Source: an uncultured Candidatus Saccharibacteria bacterium
Lineage (GTDB): Bacteria > Patescibacteriota > Minisyncoccia > Phycocordibacterales > UBA6899
Direction: 5' to 3'
DNA length: 64,000 bases
Assembly: GCA_964469335.1 (NCBI GenBank)
Contig: CAYXYK010000002.1
Location: 189,549 to 253,548 of the forward strand
Shown in pieces: positions 9,999-20,515 of this stretch. Both the position numbers and the translations under genes were made by a program. Below the pieces are notes generated by a model. It saw only the letters and a list, made by a program, of their open reading frames with translations, ran no database searches and was not told where the DNA came from. Numbering within the stretch: the stretch's first letter is position 1; the number at the start of each line of letters is the position of its first letter.

Positions 9999-12551
9999 TC
10001 AGTTCGCCACGAAAGAGAATTCTTTTTCTTCTACTGATGTGTCTGCCTTACAGATGACATATTCGGTATGCGAACCGACTGTTCCGAAATTTACTGTCTT
10101 GGTGTGAGTGAGATGGTCCGCACTAGAGCTAAGTGGATCATAAAGGACTGCATACGGATAGCCGCCTGCGTATGTCCGTTTGCACTGCGCGGGGATACTT
10201 GTCGTGACGGTATACGTTGCTGAGTAGTCATCGACCTTGGACTGCGTGCCCAAAGAAATAGACAAGGTGGTGGGAGATGAAGGGCTTGGTGAAGGTGTCG
10301 GTGCTGGGTTTGGTGCAGGTGACGGAGCTGGGGGGGTTGGAGCTGGAGCAGTCACCTGTGTGTAGACCCATGACGGTAGTCCAATCATAAAGTCGCTTGG
10401 GTATCCTCCGTCATTGAAGTTCGTTGCGAATATGATTCGTGATCCGTCACGACTGATTGTTGCTTGATGCTCGCCATAATAACCACCGTAATTCTCTGCA
10501 GCACGCGTATGGGCAACATTAAGAATCCGGCCACTTGGCTTCAGTTCAGCTAAAACGAGTTTCCTATACATGGACTGTAACGGCGTTGCAGGGCAAGTGG
10601 AACCGTAATTGCCGCAATCCGCATATGCGCCGATAAGTACCCACCCCTTTCTGTCATATGCTTTACCAGAAATGTGCACAGCATACGACGCACCAGATGC
10701 TGGATAGAGTGACATGATGTTGAACGATGAACCTGTTGCCATGTCTACCGCACGTATGTAACCACTATCGTAATCTGCAACTACATAATAGTCCTCATTG
10801 TTCGGTCCGAACGCGAGATCAGTATGCTCACTCATGTCATGAAGCATACGCCACGTCGAGAAGTCTCGCGTGTATGCACGGGTACCAAGTGCGCGGTTAT
10901 ATGCCCATGACGGAACTGCGTACGTGCCGCTCGGTGACATACTGATGTGATCCGGGAAAGCTCCTCCGAATGAGGATGCGGGTAAGGTCCCAAGGATAGT
11001 GTCGGTCACACGGTCCCAAGTGAACAGACCATAGATGACATTTGTTTGTGTTGATGAATTGTAAGAAGTAGCGATGAAAGCGAAGTAGCGTCCATCGGCA
11101 GATGAGACTCCTTCTGCTTTGGTCCACACACTCGTTACACCGCTCCATGGAAGCCGACCATTGAAGTTCCCTATGATTGTGTCGACATCTGTTTCAACAT
11201 TCTTTTCATACCAGATCATTCCCCCAGAATTACCTGTATACCAGAGTTTCGTGGGGTCAGTCGGGTGCCAGATAGGCTCCGAATCGCCTGCAAGACCCTT
11301 AAGGGAACCGTTGGTTCCGGTTCTTATTTGCCGCTGGAATAAATTTGCGTCATAGAGAACCCAGAAACCATTTCCAGTCTGAGCTATGAAGCGAGTATTG
11401 TCGGCATTGAATGCCTGCCTACGACTATAGTCATGGCGAATGAACGTTGCTCCAGGAAAGTCGGTTGAATCTGTGACCTTGTAAACCCGGGTCCCATAGA
11501 CCGGATCGATATAACTTGCTGTTGTCAGGCTCGTAGCTTTTGTGGCAGGCTTTGTGACCGAAGGAATCGGGTCGAGGGAAAGAGCCGTAAGTGAGAAGGT
11601 TGACGCATACAGCTGATCGAAGGGGTTAGCGCTTGATGGTGCAGAACTTGATACAGGTGTGGGGCTCGGAGTTGGTGAGGGGATCGGCGCAGGTGTGGGA
11701 GATGGCGCAGGACTCGGTGTTGTCGCCGCATAAGCTTCGATATAACCTTCGACCACCCACCCATCAGCGCCCGAATCAAAGTTGATTGACCACCAGATCA
11801 ATGAATTTGCGGACACTGATTGCGACATTACGGTTCCAACTGATCCAAATTGTTGAGTGCCAAGTATCGGGGCATTGGTTGAGGCAATACTTCTTACGTT
11901 CAGTGGTCCCGAAGTTACGGTTATTCGTTCGCCTGGGACGAACTTTGTTGAAGTAGTTGTGGCTGTCGTCGGTATCGGTGTAGGGGTTGGTGTAGGGGTT
12001 GGAGTAGGAGTGGGATTCGTTGAGGGAATTGGAGCCGGTGCTGGTGACTGGCTTACTGAACCACCTGAACCGCTTGGAGGAGATGTTGGAGTTGGAGAAA
12101 CACTGCTACCTCCACCCCCTCCACTTGAAACTGGAGACACTGGGGGCATGACCACAGCTGTACTTGTAGCTGTTTTTTGTAAGGCATCAGAGCATACAAG
12201 TGAGAGTTTTTCTCTTGTGAATTTTCCGACAAATCCACTCGCCTTCTTTAGGCCTGCTGGAGCAAGCACTTCCACTGCAAATTGATCCTGAAAACGTATC
12301 ACCGCTGCTTTTGTTGCCTTTCCGAAATAAGAAGTTTCTTGACCTATCGAACCCGCGCCTGATGAAGTAACTCTTGTTGTCGTGCTCATATTGAGTATGA
12401 TTTGCACACCCTTTACTTCTGCATCCGTCATTCCCTGCTTGAGATCTTTCGTAAGCACATAGGGGCACCCTGCAAATGCGGCGGTCGGTGAAGCGACCAT
12501 GAATATGAGAACGGCTAAGGCGGGAAGTTTTTTATTATTTATCATATGCAA
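9999..12551 (-). CDS. Secreted multidomain surface protein (PG-binding-like, SH3b-like, beta-propeller-like domains joined by Pro/Thr linkers)
   Basis: 850 aa. Signal peptide (MHMINNKKLPALAVLIFMVASPTAAFA), a peptidoglycan-binding-like N-domain, (PT)n tandem linkers (PTPTPTPTPTPTP; PSPTPAPIPSPTPSPTP), an SH3b-like block (WWSINFDSGADGWVVEGYIEAY) and a large WD/TolB-like block. Confidence 0.7.
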   Translation of the reverse strand: MHMINNKKLPALAVLIFMVASPTAAFAGCPYVLTKDLKQGMTDAEVKGVQIILNMSTTTRVTSSGAGSIGQETSYFGKATKAAVIRFQDQFAVEVLAPAGLKKASGFVGKFTREKLSLVCSDALQKTATSTAVVMPPVSPVSSGGGGGSSVSPTPTSPPSGSGGSVSQSPAPAPIPSTNPTPTPTPTPTPTPIPTTATTTSTKFVPGERITVTSGPLNVRSIASTNAPILGTQQFGSVGTVMSQSVSANSLIWWSINFDSGADGWVVEGYIEAYAATTPSPAPSPTPAPIPSPTPSPTPVSSSAPSSANPFDQLYASTFSLTALSLDPIPSVTKPATKATSLTTASYIDPVYGTRVYKVTDSTDFPGATFIRHDYSRRQAFNADNTRFIAQTGNGFWVLYDANLFQRQIRTGTNGSLKGLAGDSEPIWHPTDPTKLWYTGNSGGMIWYEKNVETDVDTIIGNFNGRLPWSGVTSVWTKAEGVSSADGRYFAFIATSYNSSTQTNVIYGLFTWDRVTDTILGTLPASSFGGAFPDHISMSPSGTYAVPSWAYNRALGTRAYTRDFSTWRMLHDMSEHTDLAFGPNNEDYYVVADYDSGYIRAVDMATGSSFNIMSLYPASGASYAVHISGKAYDRKGWVLIGAYADCGNYGSTCPATPLQSMYRKLVLAELKPSGRILNVAHTRAAENYGGYYGEHQATISRDGSRIIFATNFNDGGYPSDFMIGLPSWVYTQVTAPAPTPPAPSPAPNPAPTPSPSPSSPTTLSISLGTQSKVDDYSATYTVTTSIPAQCKRTYAGGYPYAVLYDPLSSSADHLTHTKTVNFGTVGSHTEYVICKADTSVEEKEFSFVAN

Positions 12552-12685
12552 GGCGAGATAAGAGAGAATTATTTATTTATCTTTGTTGTTATCCACGGTA
12601 TCACAAAAAATGAAAAGCGTCGCATGCTTTTCGGCGTATGCGACACTTATCATTGCACAAGTTTCTGAAGTATTTGTGCTCGGTA

Positions 12686-13228
12686 CTATAATGCTCCGAA
12701 GTAGACGATGACAACTTTGTCCGGAGAAAGAGGAGGGAGATCTGTCTGGCGGTTGAAGTCTTCACTGCCGTCATCATTGAGAATGCCGACATAGTACTTC
12801 TGACCTTGGACAGTAGGTCGCAGTAGATCTATCTTTGCGGATGTGTCACCAGCACGAACGCGCTTTGCACCCATGATATACCCAGGCTGTCCATCACGGT
12901 CATCGTAAACTGCTATCCAATTTGAATCTTTGATGTCGAGACTGTCGACTGTAACACTGTTTCCAGCAAGCTGATCTTGAACATTGAGCCCAAGACGAGT
13001 ACCTCTGGGGATCGAAGGGGCAAGAGGTAGAAGTGATGCGGGTTTTGCAATCGTCTCTTGAGTCTGTACCAAAGTGTTCGTGGCAGTCATTCCTCCGCTT
13101 TCAGTGGTGCTGATCGCTTCATCACCCCCCATATCTACGGTACGGGTTTTCCATGCCATGACACCTGCAGTTCCGATAAGAATACCGATAATAAGCATCA
13201 GTACGAGCTGTTGTGATTGTTTTGCCAT
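12686..13228 (-). CDS. Hypothetical membrane-anchored protein
   Basis: ORF with Met start MAKQSQQLVLMLIIGILIGTAGVMAW (N-terminal TM helix) followed by a ~150-aa extracytoplasmic domain. No recognisable family. Confidence 0.5.
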   Translation of the reverse strand: MAKQSQQLVLMLIIGILIGTAGVMAWKTRTVDMGGDEAISTTESGGMTATNTLVQTQETIAKPASLLPLAPSIPRGTRLGLNVQDQLAGNSVTVDSLDIKDSNWIAVYDDRDGQPGYIMGAKRVRAGDTSAKIDLLRPTVQGQKYYVGILNDDGSEDFNRQTDLPPLSPDKVVIVYFGAL

Positions 13229-13314
13229 ATGTCTAAGCGTAGCAAAAGCTGTTTTTTGGAGCAAGAAACAGCTGAAGTAGAACACATACCCCACAAACAA
13301 GCGAACTACGTTGT

Positions 13315-13821
13315 TCAGCCTTTGATGTAGAGCTCGAAATCGTCGAGATTCTCATTGGGTCCTGCTTCGATCAAATTGAGTGTGACAGGGAGCCCGTTCA
13401 GGGTAGCGGAAAGCACGGCATTCTTATCAGCCTTTGCCGAAACTTTAAATCGCGCAGGGGTGATGTCCGGTGAACATTTCTCTCCAGATCTCACTGTATA
13501 TGCAAACTGAATGAGCATTTGTTTTTTGTCAGAACTCGGCAATGCATTCGACTCGAGGATGTCGCAAGGAGAAGGTAGAGGAATCTCTCCAGCAACAATG
13601 TGGGCTCCATTCTGGTACGCGTGTTTTGCAGTGATGACAATTTCGGGACTTGCCACAACCTCTGCTGGTGTGTTTTCCCATGCTGTCGTACTTGCGGTGT
13701 CACCAGCAGATTGTTTCGTATCAATGGTGCTCTTTTGAAAAGAGATCGCAATGAAACCAGCGACCGCAATGATTACAATGCCTGCTATGAGATATGTTCC
13801 CTTTTTGTCCATATATTCCAT
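13315..13821 (-). CDS. Hypothetical membrane-anchored protein
   Basis: N-terminal TM helix (YLIAGIVIIAVAGFIAISF) plus a ~140-aa domain. Start chosen at an internal Met to avoid overlap with the upstream gene. Confidence 0.5.
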   Translation of the reverse strand: MEYMDKKGTYLIAGIVIIAVAGFIAISFQKSTIDTKQSAGDTASTTAWENTPAEVVASPEIVITAKHAYQNGAHIVAGEIPLPSPCDILESNALPSSDKKQMLIQFAYTVRSGEKCSPDITPARFKVSAKADKNAVLSATLNGLPVTLNLIEAGPNENLDDFELYIKG

Positions 13822-13831
13822 TGTACCTCGC

Positions 13832-14755
13832 TCATCGAAACATACCAATCACCAAACTCACAAGCTTGTATATGAGCAGAATAAGAAATGCGTAGAAAAC
13901 GTACGGATTTGTCGTGAAGAAATGTAGCAGAAGTGCGAAAAGTAGCTTGAGGTAATCAAGTGGGCTGCGGATCACCAGTCCATTCGAGAGTCCTTCTTTT
14001 ATCATCGACCATCCCTCACCTGCCCTCGTTCGATGCGGAGCACTATCCAGCGCAGTAGTGGTAGCATATCCTGACAATACTCGTTTTTCCGCAACATCGA
14101 GATTTTTCACGGCTTTTACGCCTTGAGAAAGTCTGATGTTCTCGATTGTACTGATGACGGGAATCGCAACGGACGACACCGGAGTCGGTGCTTCATTGCT
14201 GATCGCGACAGATAGGTCTCGTATCGGATCTTGCGAAAGCGCGAGGGGGGAGGAAGTTGCACTCGTTGCGACAGGTACCGTCTTTAGCGGGGGCGGAGGA
14301 GGCTCGGTGCTATCGCCCACTCTGTTCATGTTTCGGTCATAGTCCGCAAAACGCTTCACTCTTGTAGTTTCGGTAACGCTCGGAGAAGAAGAGGCGAGCG
14401 AACTAGTCGCTGAAGTGAACTCATCACGCTCGATGGTGGCGTAGAAACTGTGACTGCCTGGGGTGACTACCCACGGAAACGACAACAATTGAGAGCCCCC
14501 GTATCCATCGACAATGAATGTTCGTTTATCGATAGTCGTCGTTCCATCTTTGAGCACCATTGTCCCCTGCATCCGATAAGCTGATGAATTATAGACAAAG
14601 GTACTGATCGTAATGTTGTCACCGACAAAGAATGGATCCTGAGAGAACCACAAGAGGTCCTTTGAAAAGCCAGCAGGAAGAGTCTTTGCAAAAAGTTCAG
14701 CAGGAGAAATAAAAAATGCCAGGAGAATCAGTGCGATGATAAACTTTCGGAGCAT
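13832..14755 (-). CDS. Hypothetical secreted protein with a C-terminal membrane anchor
   Basis: Signal peptide (MLRKFIIALILLAFFISPAELFA), a Ser/Thr/Pro-rich middle and C-terminal hydrophobic helices (LLFALLLHFF...LILLIYKLVSLVIGMF). Confidence 0.55.
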   Translation of the reverse strand: MLRKFIIALILLAFFISPAELFAKTLPAGFSKDLLWFSQDPFFVGDNITISTFVYNSSAYRMQGTMVLKDGTTTIDKRTFIVDGYGGSQLLSFPWVVTPGSHSFYATIERDEFTSATSSLASSSPSVTETTRVKRFADYDRNMNRVGDSTEPPPPPLKTVPVATSATSSPLALSQDPIRDLSVAISNEAPTPVSSVAIPVISTIENIRLSQGVKAVKNLDVAEKRVLSGYATTTALDSAPHRTRAGEGWSMIKEGLSNGLVIRSPLDYLKLLFALLLHFFTTNPYVFYAFLILLIYKLVSLVIGMFR

Positions 14756-14765
14756 AAGGAATGAA

Positions 14766-15500
14766 TTACATTCGATCCATTAATCCAGTATACCAAGTAT
14801 CGCCGAAGACATCTGTAACCCAAACATTCAATAGGCCGAAATTACCCATCAAGAGAAGCAGTCCGATGAACACAAAGAGTACTCCCCCGGCCTTATTCAC
14901 AGCTGGAAGCAGCTTCGCCAGTGAGGTGATATACGAGAATGACGCTCCATAGATTGCAGCGACAAGAAGGAAAGGAATAGCGAGCCCAAGAGAGTAAACA
15001 AAAAGGAGTGTTGCTCCATGTGCGGCAGCACCTCCTGTCCCGGCAAGTACCAGTATTGTCCCAAGGATCGGACCGAGGCACGGACTCCACCCTAATGCGA
15101 ACAGCAGCCCAAGGAGGAATGACGAAACGGGTTTCCCTGGAGTGAGAAATTTCGGCATCTTCCTTCCAGAAAAGAAGCGAGGCATATCGAATACACCAAG
15201 CATAGAGAGACCGAATATGATTACCAATATCCCTCCAATACGTGAGATCAACGCGCGATGGAGCACAAAGAACTGTCCGATAACACCGGAGACCAGTCCA
15301 AAAAAAACGAATACAACAGAAAACGCAAAAGTGAAAAGCAGTGCATTGAGCATGATCCGGCGACCACGCGTTCGAGCATTCTCATCCTTATCTGCACCAG
15401 CTAAGAACCCGATGTATGCAGGGATAAGGGGTAGCGTACAAGGTGCGAGAAAGGTCAATATCCCTCCGACGAGTGCTGAAATATATCCGATCTCAAACAT
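14766..15500 (-). CDS. ccdA: Cytochrome c-type biogenesis / thiol-disulfide transmembrane electron transporter CcdA (DsbD beta-domain family)
   Basis: Polytopic membrane protein with two conserved Cys in TM helices (LAPCTLP ... GWSPCLGP), the CcdA/DsbD signature. Confidence 0.8.
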   Translation of the reverse strand: MFEIGYISALVGGILTFLAPCTLPLIPAYIGFLAGADKDENARTRGRRIMLNALLFTFAFSVVFVFFGLVSGVIGQFFVLHRALISRIGGILVIIFGLSMLGVFDMPRFFSGRKMPKFLTPGKPVSSFLLGLLFALGWSPCLGPILGTILVLAGTGGAAAHGATLLFVYSLGLAIPFLLVAAIYGASFSYITSLAKLLPAVNKAGGVLFVFIGLLLLMGNFGLLNVWVTDVFGDTWYTGLMDRM

Positions 15501-15580
15501 TCGACTATTGTAACACTATGTGGGTACTCATACGAAAAACATCCTTTTGAGGGATGTTTTTCGATACTCGTCATTGGGGC

Positions 15581-16315
15581 TTATTCAGTTACTTCCTTGC
15601 GATTGTTCGGGAGTGTCATAGGGAATGCCGACATTGAAAGTGTTCGCGGGCGCGTCATGAAAGGCATAGTGCCAGATGAAGCACTTTCCTCAGCAGCCAT
15701 CTTCTTCACGATCGACTGCGCGAGCTGTTCGCGCTGCTTGTCCTGCTCTGCAAGGATGCCGTATACGTACATCACTTTTGCTACGTAGCCGTAATCTTCT
15801 GCAGAATATTGGGACAACCAACGACGTGCCCGTGAGGGACCCATGTTGTATGCAACCAAAGCTTCCTGGGGAGAATCGAAACCATAGTTGTCCTCAAGCT
15901 GTTTGAGATACTTCGTGCCAGCCAAGATATTTTGGAAAGGATCCCTTGAGTCTTTTACTCCCATCGACTTTGCGGTCTCAGGCATGAGCTGCATCAACCC
16001 CTGAGCGCCGCGATGACTGGTTGCCTCGTTTTTCCCCTCAGATTCGATGACTATCACTGCAAGAATGAGATTCTTGTCGTAATCATGGAGCATCGATGCG
16101 ATATTCACCATTTCGCCGTATTTTTGCTTTGTCTGGTCCAAATATGTCGGAGCATTGTTCTTTAGGTACACAAAACCTGCTGCAAAGCCGGTGGTTGGGT
16201 GTACGGCTGCTATTAGTGCAAGTGCCGTAAGTGTTCCTGCCGTAAAACGTGAGAGGGGGCGAAATTGCCCCTTCTGTTCACCAATGTCTTCTGAGACAGC
16301 AAAATGAAATTTCAT
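15581..16315 (-). CDS. Lytic transglycosylase (SLT domain)
   Basis: SLT motifs ESEGKNEATSHRGAQGLMQLMPETA ... ALVAYNMGP, with an N-terminal signal/anchor. Confidence 0.8.
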   Translation of the reverse strand: MKFHFAVSEDIGEQKGQFRPLSRFTAGTLTALALIAAVHPTTGFAAGFVYLKNNAPTYLDQTKQKYGEMVNIASMLHDYDKNLILAVIVIESEGKNEATSHRGAQGLMQLMPETAKSMGVKDSRDPFQNILAGTKYLKQLEDNYGFDSPQEALVAYNMGPSRARRWLSQYSAEDYGYVAKVMYVYGILAEQDKQREQLAQSIVKKMAAEESASSGTMPFMTRPRTLSMSAFPMTLPNNRKEVTE

Positions 16316-16760
16316 ATGGGATGGAATGTCTGTTGGTTATCTGACTTAAGCATGAAGCCAATCTGACTAAGCTTGTATATGATAACATAAAATCACAAAC
16401 AAGTCAATCAGTTCGGGTGGGTTCTTCAGGTACTCGACAATTGTACAGAGCGAACCCAATGAGGCAACCGTTTTTGCCCACATGCAATTTTGCAGCCTAA
16501 AATATAGATATTTTTTGCCTTTTAGCGCCTGTGACTTTCCGATAGGTGGCCTATGTATGCATAATTGCATTTTGACATTGTTGAAATTTGTTACTTGGTT
16601 TGTCCCGGTTTGTTGTAAATGCTCAGTATTTTATGCGTTTACATAATTTCATCATTAATTCATGTTGGAATTTGACCGAAAATAATCCAAAATGTGCCTT
16701 TACATAAGGGTCTTTTGGTACTATTATCGCACTTACGAACCTACTCTTGTCCAATCCAAT

Positions 16761-18005
16761 ATGCATCTTTTTTCATCATTCGTGGTCTATATCCTGCTTT
16801 TCCTCACTATGTATTTCGAGGTATTTCTTCTTGTTTCATACTTTGAAGAAAAAGAGCACTTCGTTCCAAAAAACATAGCGAAGAGAAGAATGCCTGGGAA
16901 ATATCCTACGGTCACAATCATCATCCCTGCCTGGAATGAAGGCGAAACGCTCACCGGGACTGTCGAGTCACTGCTTTCTCTAGACTACCCAAAAGACAGG
17001 CTAACATTGTTCATCATTGACGACGGATCAACTGACAATACACTTGAGATTGCACGGCGATACGAAGGCCACCCCCAGATCCGTGTTTTTACGAAACAAA
17101 ATGGCGGTAAGTTCACCGCACTCAACCTAGGAATTGCCGAGTGCAAGAGTGATCTTATCGGGTGCCTCGATGCCGACTCGTTCGTCGACAGTGCGGCACT
17201 AAAGGAGATCATCCCCTACTTTGACAACCCTGAAGTAATGGCGGTCACACCCTCTGTCCAAATACATAAACCAGATAATATCCTGCGCAGAATCCAGGCC
17301 ACTGAGTACATGATAGGACAATTCACCCGAAAATTATTCAGTCGGCTGAACGGACTTTACGTTACGCCGGGACCATTCTCTATCTATAGGCACCGCATAT
17401 TCGAAGTCATCGGCAACTTCAAGCACGCATACAACACCGAAGACATGGAGATGGCACTTCGCCTTCAGTCGAATCGGATGAAAATCGAGAACTCGCACAC
17501 CGCATACGTGTACACGGTCTCTCCTGGAACTCCGCGAGCACTCTATAAACAACGCGTACGCTGGGTCTCGGGCTTCCTGAAGAACGCATTTTTTGAGTAT
17601 CGCTTCATGTTCTTGTCGAGAAAATACGGCAATCTTGGCTTTCTTGTGATGCCATTCGCGTTCGTTTCGATCTTCATCGCACTCTTCTTCACCGCACTAT
17701 ACATACGGAGCATCGCTCACTTCCTTTATGAACGGTATATCCAATACTCCACGCTCGGTTTTCATCCCCATCTTGGTTCATGGAATTTCGACTGGTTCTC
17801 CCTTGATCTTGAATTTCGCGCCTTGCTCATCTACATGCTGTTCTTCACTACGGTTTTCTTTGTGTTCATGGGAGTGAGGATGGCGAAGAAACGCGTATCT
17901 TTTGACATGCTTTATTTCCTGCTTCTTTACGGATTTATAGCACCGTTCTGGCTTGCCCGATCACTGTTTAATCTCATCTCAGCAAAGGAGGCAAAATGGA
18001 GATAA
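16761..18005 (+). CDS. Processive family-2 glycosyltransferase (membrane-embedded synthase, cellulose/chitin/PNAG-synthase-like)
   Basis: GT2 motifs DDGSTD, DAD and QRVRW flanked by N- and C-terminal TM helices. Start chosen at ATG 16761; the ORF track begins upstream at 16692. Confidence 0.8.
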   Translation: MHLFSSFVVYILLFLTMYFEVFLLVSYFEEKEHFVPKNIAKRRMPGKYPTVTIIIPAWNEGETLTGTVESLLSLDYPKDRLTLFIIDDGSTDNTLEIARRYEGHPQIRVFTKQNGGKFTALNLGIAECKSDLIGCLDADSFVDSAALKEIIPYFDNPEVMAVTPSVQIHKPDNILRRIQATEYMIGQFTRKLFSRLNGLYVTPGPFSIYRHRIFEVIGNFKHAYNTEDMEMALRLQSNRMKIENSHTAYVYTVSPGTPRALYKQRVRWVSGFLKNAFFEYRFMFLSRKYGNLGFLVMPFAFVSIFIALFFTALYIRSIAHFLYERYIQYSTLGFHPHLGSWNFDWFSLDLEFRALLIYMLFFTTVFFVFMGVRMAKKRVSFDMLYFLLLYGFIAPFWLARSLFNLISAKEAKWR

Positions 18006-18053
18006 TCGATCACCACTCGCAAAATAGTATAAAATAAGGTAGAACCTCATCAC

Positions 18054-18764
18054 ATGGAATCAAACAAGGACATCAGCGGGAAAAAATATTTTATCGTATT
18101 CGTCATCACACTGGGAGTATTCGCCCTAGTGTTTCTCCTTTCGAACTATCTCTATTCTGAGCGCATCAATCAGGTGAAGAATATCGAAGACAACATTTCC
18201 CGCAATATCCTTGAATCAGAGATACAGTATTCCCTTCTTGCTGATGCGACATGTGAGGATGACGCGGACAACAGTCCGGTCATGATCGACGAGATCAACA
18301 GCCTGACTAAGCGTCTTTCATATATGGAGGAACAGCGCGGTACGGACGATGCGGAAGTGATCAGTCTAAAAAAATACTATTCATTGCTACAGGTGAAAGA
18401 CTATCTTCTTTTGCGAGAGCGAGCGAAACAATGCGGACAGAAGCCTCTCACTATCCTCTATTTCTATTCCAACGAAGGTGACTGTACCGACTGCAAGAAA
18501 CTTGGCTATGTGCTCACCTCAATGCGCGAGGATTATGATCAGCTGCATATCTATGCTTTCGATTACAACATCGGCCTTTCGGTCATAGATACACTGAAAT
18601 CAATCTATAAACTCGACAACGATCTCCCGATTTTAGTCATAAACCGTAAGGCATACTATGGATTCAAAACTCGTGATGACATAGAAAAACTCATGCCTGA
18701 TCTGGCCTTCGTAAAAGCAACGTCGACCAAAGCGACCACAACCGGGAATAGTGCCACAAAGTAA
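18054..18764 (+). CDS. Hypothetical membrane-anchored protein with a CxxC motif (thioredoxin-like?)
   Basis: N-terminal TM helix followed by a soluble domain containing YFYSNEGDCTDCKK. It lies immediately downstream of the GT2 synthase on the same strand. Confidence 0.55.
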   Translation: MESNKDISGKKYFIVFVITLGVFALVFLLSNYLYSERINQVKNIEDNISRNILESEIQYSLLADATCEDDADNSPVMIDEINSLTKRLSYMEEQRGTDDAEVISLKKYYSLLQVKDYLLLRERAKQCGQKPLTILYFYSNEGDCTDCKKLGYVLTSMREDYDQLHIYAFDYNIGLSVIDTLKSIYKLDNDLPILVINRKAYYGFKTRDDIEKLMPDLAFVKATSTKATTTGNSATK

Positions 18765-18803
18765 AGTATGGCAGCATCTGGTGGATGACCATGGCGTTGC
18801 GCG

Positions 18804-19358
18804 CTAAGATAGAACCGCAGTAAGTGCGAAGGACCCTAGCATTGAGACAACCCAGAACACGATCGAAATTCGAGTTAGCTCTGAGATATGTGACTCGACT
18901 TCCACAAGTGAGCGGCCGACGACAATGAATACTGGTTCCTTGTCTCCATGTACCCGTGCAACAACGGCTTCTCTCACTCCAGGGATCGGTTCCCATGTGA
19001 AACGATCCTCACCATGGGCAAGCAAATAATCGAAAGTACCTTTTGGCGGAACCGGGAAATTTCCGTCTAAGGATCCATTCCCAGCAAGCGGAACACCATT
19101 CCGGTCATAAAGTATCACATACGGCGTTAAACTCTTTCCGATCTTCACAGGGTTCGCGCTTGAAAAATATTTGAAAGGAGTTCCATCCGCAAGCGCAAGT
19201 TCCACATTCCCAGCTATCTCTGCCTGTGTGTCATCCGCACTCAGACGCAGGTCTTGCCTCACAACGACAAGAGTGAAAAACAAGATCGCAGTGACACAAA
19301 ACCCAAGTGTGAGCCATTTTTTCAGAATACTGGTCATGTCATGTTTGAAGAGTTTCAT
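18804..19358 (-). CDS. Hypothetical membrane protein
   Basis: 184 aa with N- and C-terminal hydrophobic helices. Convergent with the GT2 operon. Confidence 0.5.
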   Translation of the reverse strand: MKLFKHDMTSILKKWLTLGFCVTAILFFTLVVVRQDLRLSADDTQAEIAGNVELALADGTPFKYFSSANPVKIGKSLTPYVILYDRNGVPLAGNGSLDGNFPVPPKGTFDYLLAHGEDRFTWEPIPGVREAVVARVHGDKEPVFIVVGRSLVEVESHISELTRISIVFWVVSMLGSFALTAVLS

Positions 19359-19409
19359 GATGAAATCATATCACAATATGGAACATGCATTTCCCCTTTT
19401 GTGTATTTC

Positions 19410-20456
19410 ATGATTTTGCGTTACGCTCACTGGATGAACGAAACAGAACGAAAAAAACTGGTCGACGTAGCAGAAACCAACCTTCGCAATATCGTCACAG
19501 TTGCGATAGAAAAAAAAGCTGATGAGCAAGCACTAGTGGTCTATGACACCCAGTACGGTCTGACAAGCATACTCACCGATGCATACAGAAGGGTGCTTCC
19601 AGATGCTCGCTTCGTCGACTTCGATACCACTCCAAAAGATCAGATTATTGCGCTCTTTGACGAGATGAAAGAACGTGATCTCGTCGTATTACTTCAGTCG
19701 TCGAATTTCCTTCTCGATGCTTTTCGTATCAGGTTGCATTTATTCCAAAAGAAACTGAAGGTCATTGAACATGTCCATCTCCATCGAAACTCAGAGCAAG
19801 TTTGGGATGTCTATATCAACGCACTCGCCTATGACCCAGCATGGTACCGCAGCATTGGCCCTAAATTGCGTCAAAAGCTAGAGAAATGCGATATTCTGCG
19901 CATAGAGGGTAAAGACGCAGTCTTGACCGTTACAGGCGGCCTAGAGCCTCCTAAGCCCAATCTCGGAGACTATGCTGGGATGGAGAACATCGGCGGAACT
20001 TTCCCGATCGGAGAAGTTTTCACCGAGAGTGTCGATTTCTCGAAGATGAACGGATCTTTCTTCGTCTATGCATATGCGGGAGCTGATTTCTGTGTGGATA
20101 TGCACGAGCCATTCCGTGTCGATGTCAAAGAGGGCGTGGTGACTACATGGCAGGCAGATGCTCCGAAATCGTTCGTAGAAATTGTCGAGATGATAAAAGA
20201 ATACGAGCGACCGCTCATCCGCGAGATCGGATTCGGACTGAATCGTGCGATCACCCGCGAACGTTACCTTGAAGATATTACTGCATTCGAACGTATTCTC
20301 GGGCTCCATCTTTCAATGGGAGAGAAACATAGTGTCTACAAGAAGGAGGGAATAACTACACACAAGACGAAATTTCACGTCGATCTGTTCCCTTTCGTTG
20401 AGCGGGTATATGCTGACGGCGAATTGATCTTCAATGATGGGGAATATGTAATCTAA
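19410..20456 (+). CDS. Conserved hypothetical protein (start uncertain)
   Basis: Long ORF of coherent composition. The 5' part of the track ORF (19254..) overlaps the opposite-strand gene, so the start is placed at the first in-frame ATG after it (19410; 19434 is an alternative). No confident family assignment. Confidence 0.5.
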   Translation: MILRYAHWMNETERKKLVDVAETNLRNIVTVAIEKKADEQALVVYDTQYGLTSILTDAYRRVLPDARFVDFDTTPKDQIIALFDEMKERDLVVLLQSSNFLLDAFRIRLHLFQKKLKVIEHVHLHRNSEQVWDVYINALAYDPAWYRSIGPKLRQKLEKCDILRIEGKDAVLTVTGGLEPPKPNLGDYAGMENIGGTFPIGEVFTESVDFSKMNGSFFVYAYAGADFCVDMHEPFRVDVKEGVVTTWQADAPKSFVEIVEMIKEYERPLIREIGFGLNRAITRERYLEDITAFERILGLHLSMGEKHSVYKKEGITTHKTKFHVDLFPFVERVYADGELIFNDGEYVI

Positions 20457-20515
20457 GAAAAAGGCTGCCCACAAGGACAGCCTGATGTGCACGCTGATGC
20501 ACGACAATGGATCGT

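Noticed and set aside
19254-19409. Upstream part of the 400-aa plus-strand ORF
   Set aside because: It overlaps the start of the convergent membrane-protein gene (18804..19358), so the start was moved to the first ATG beyond it.
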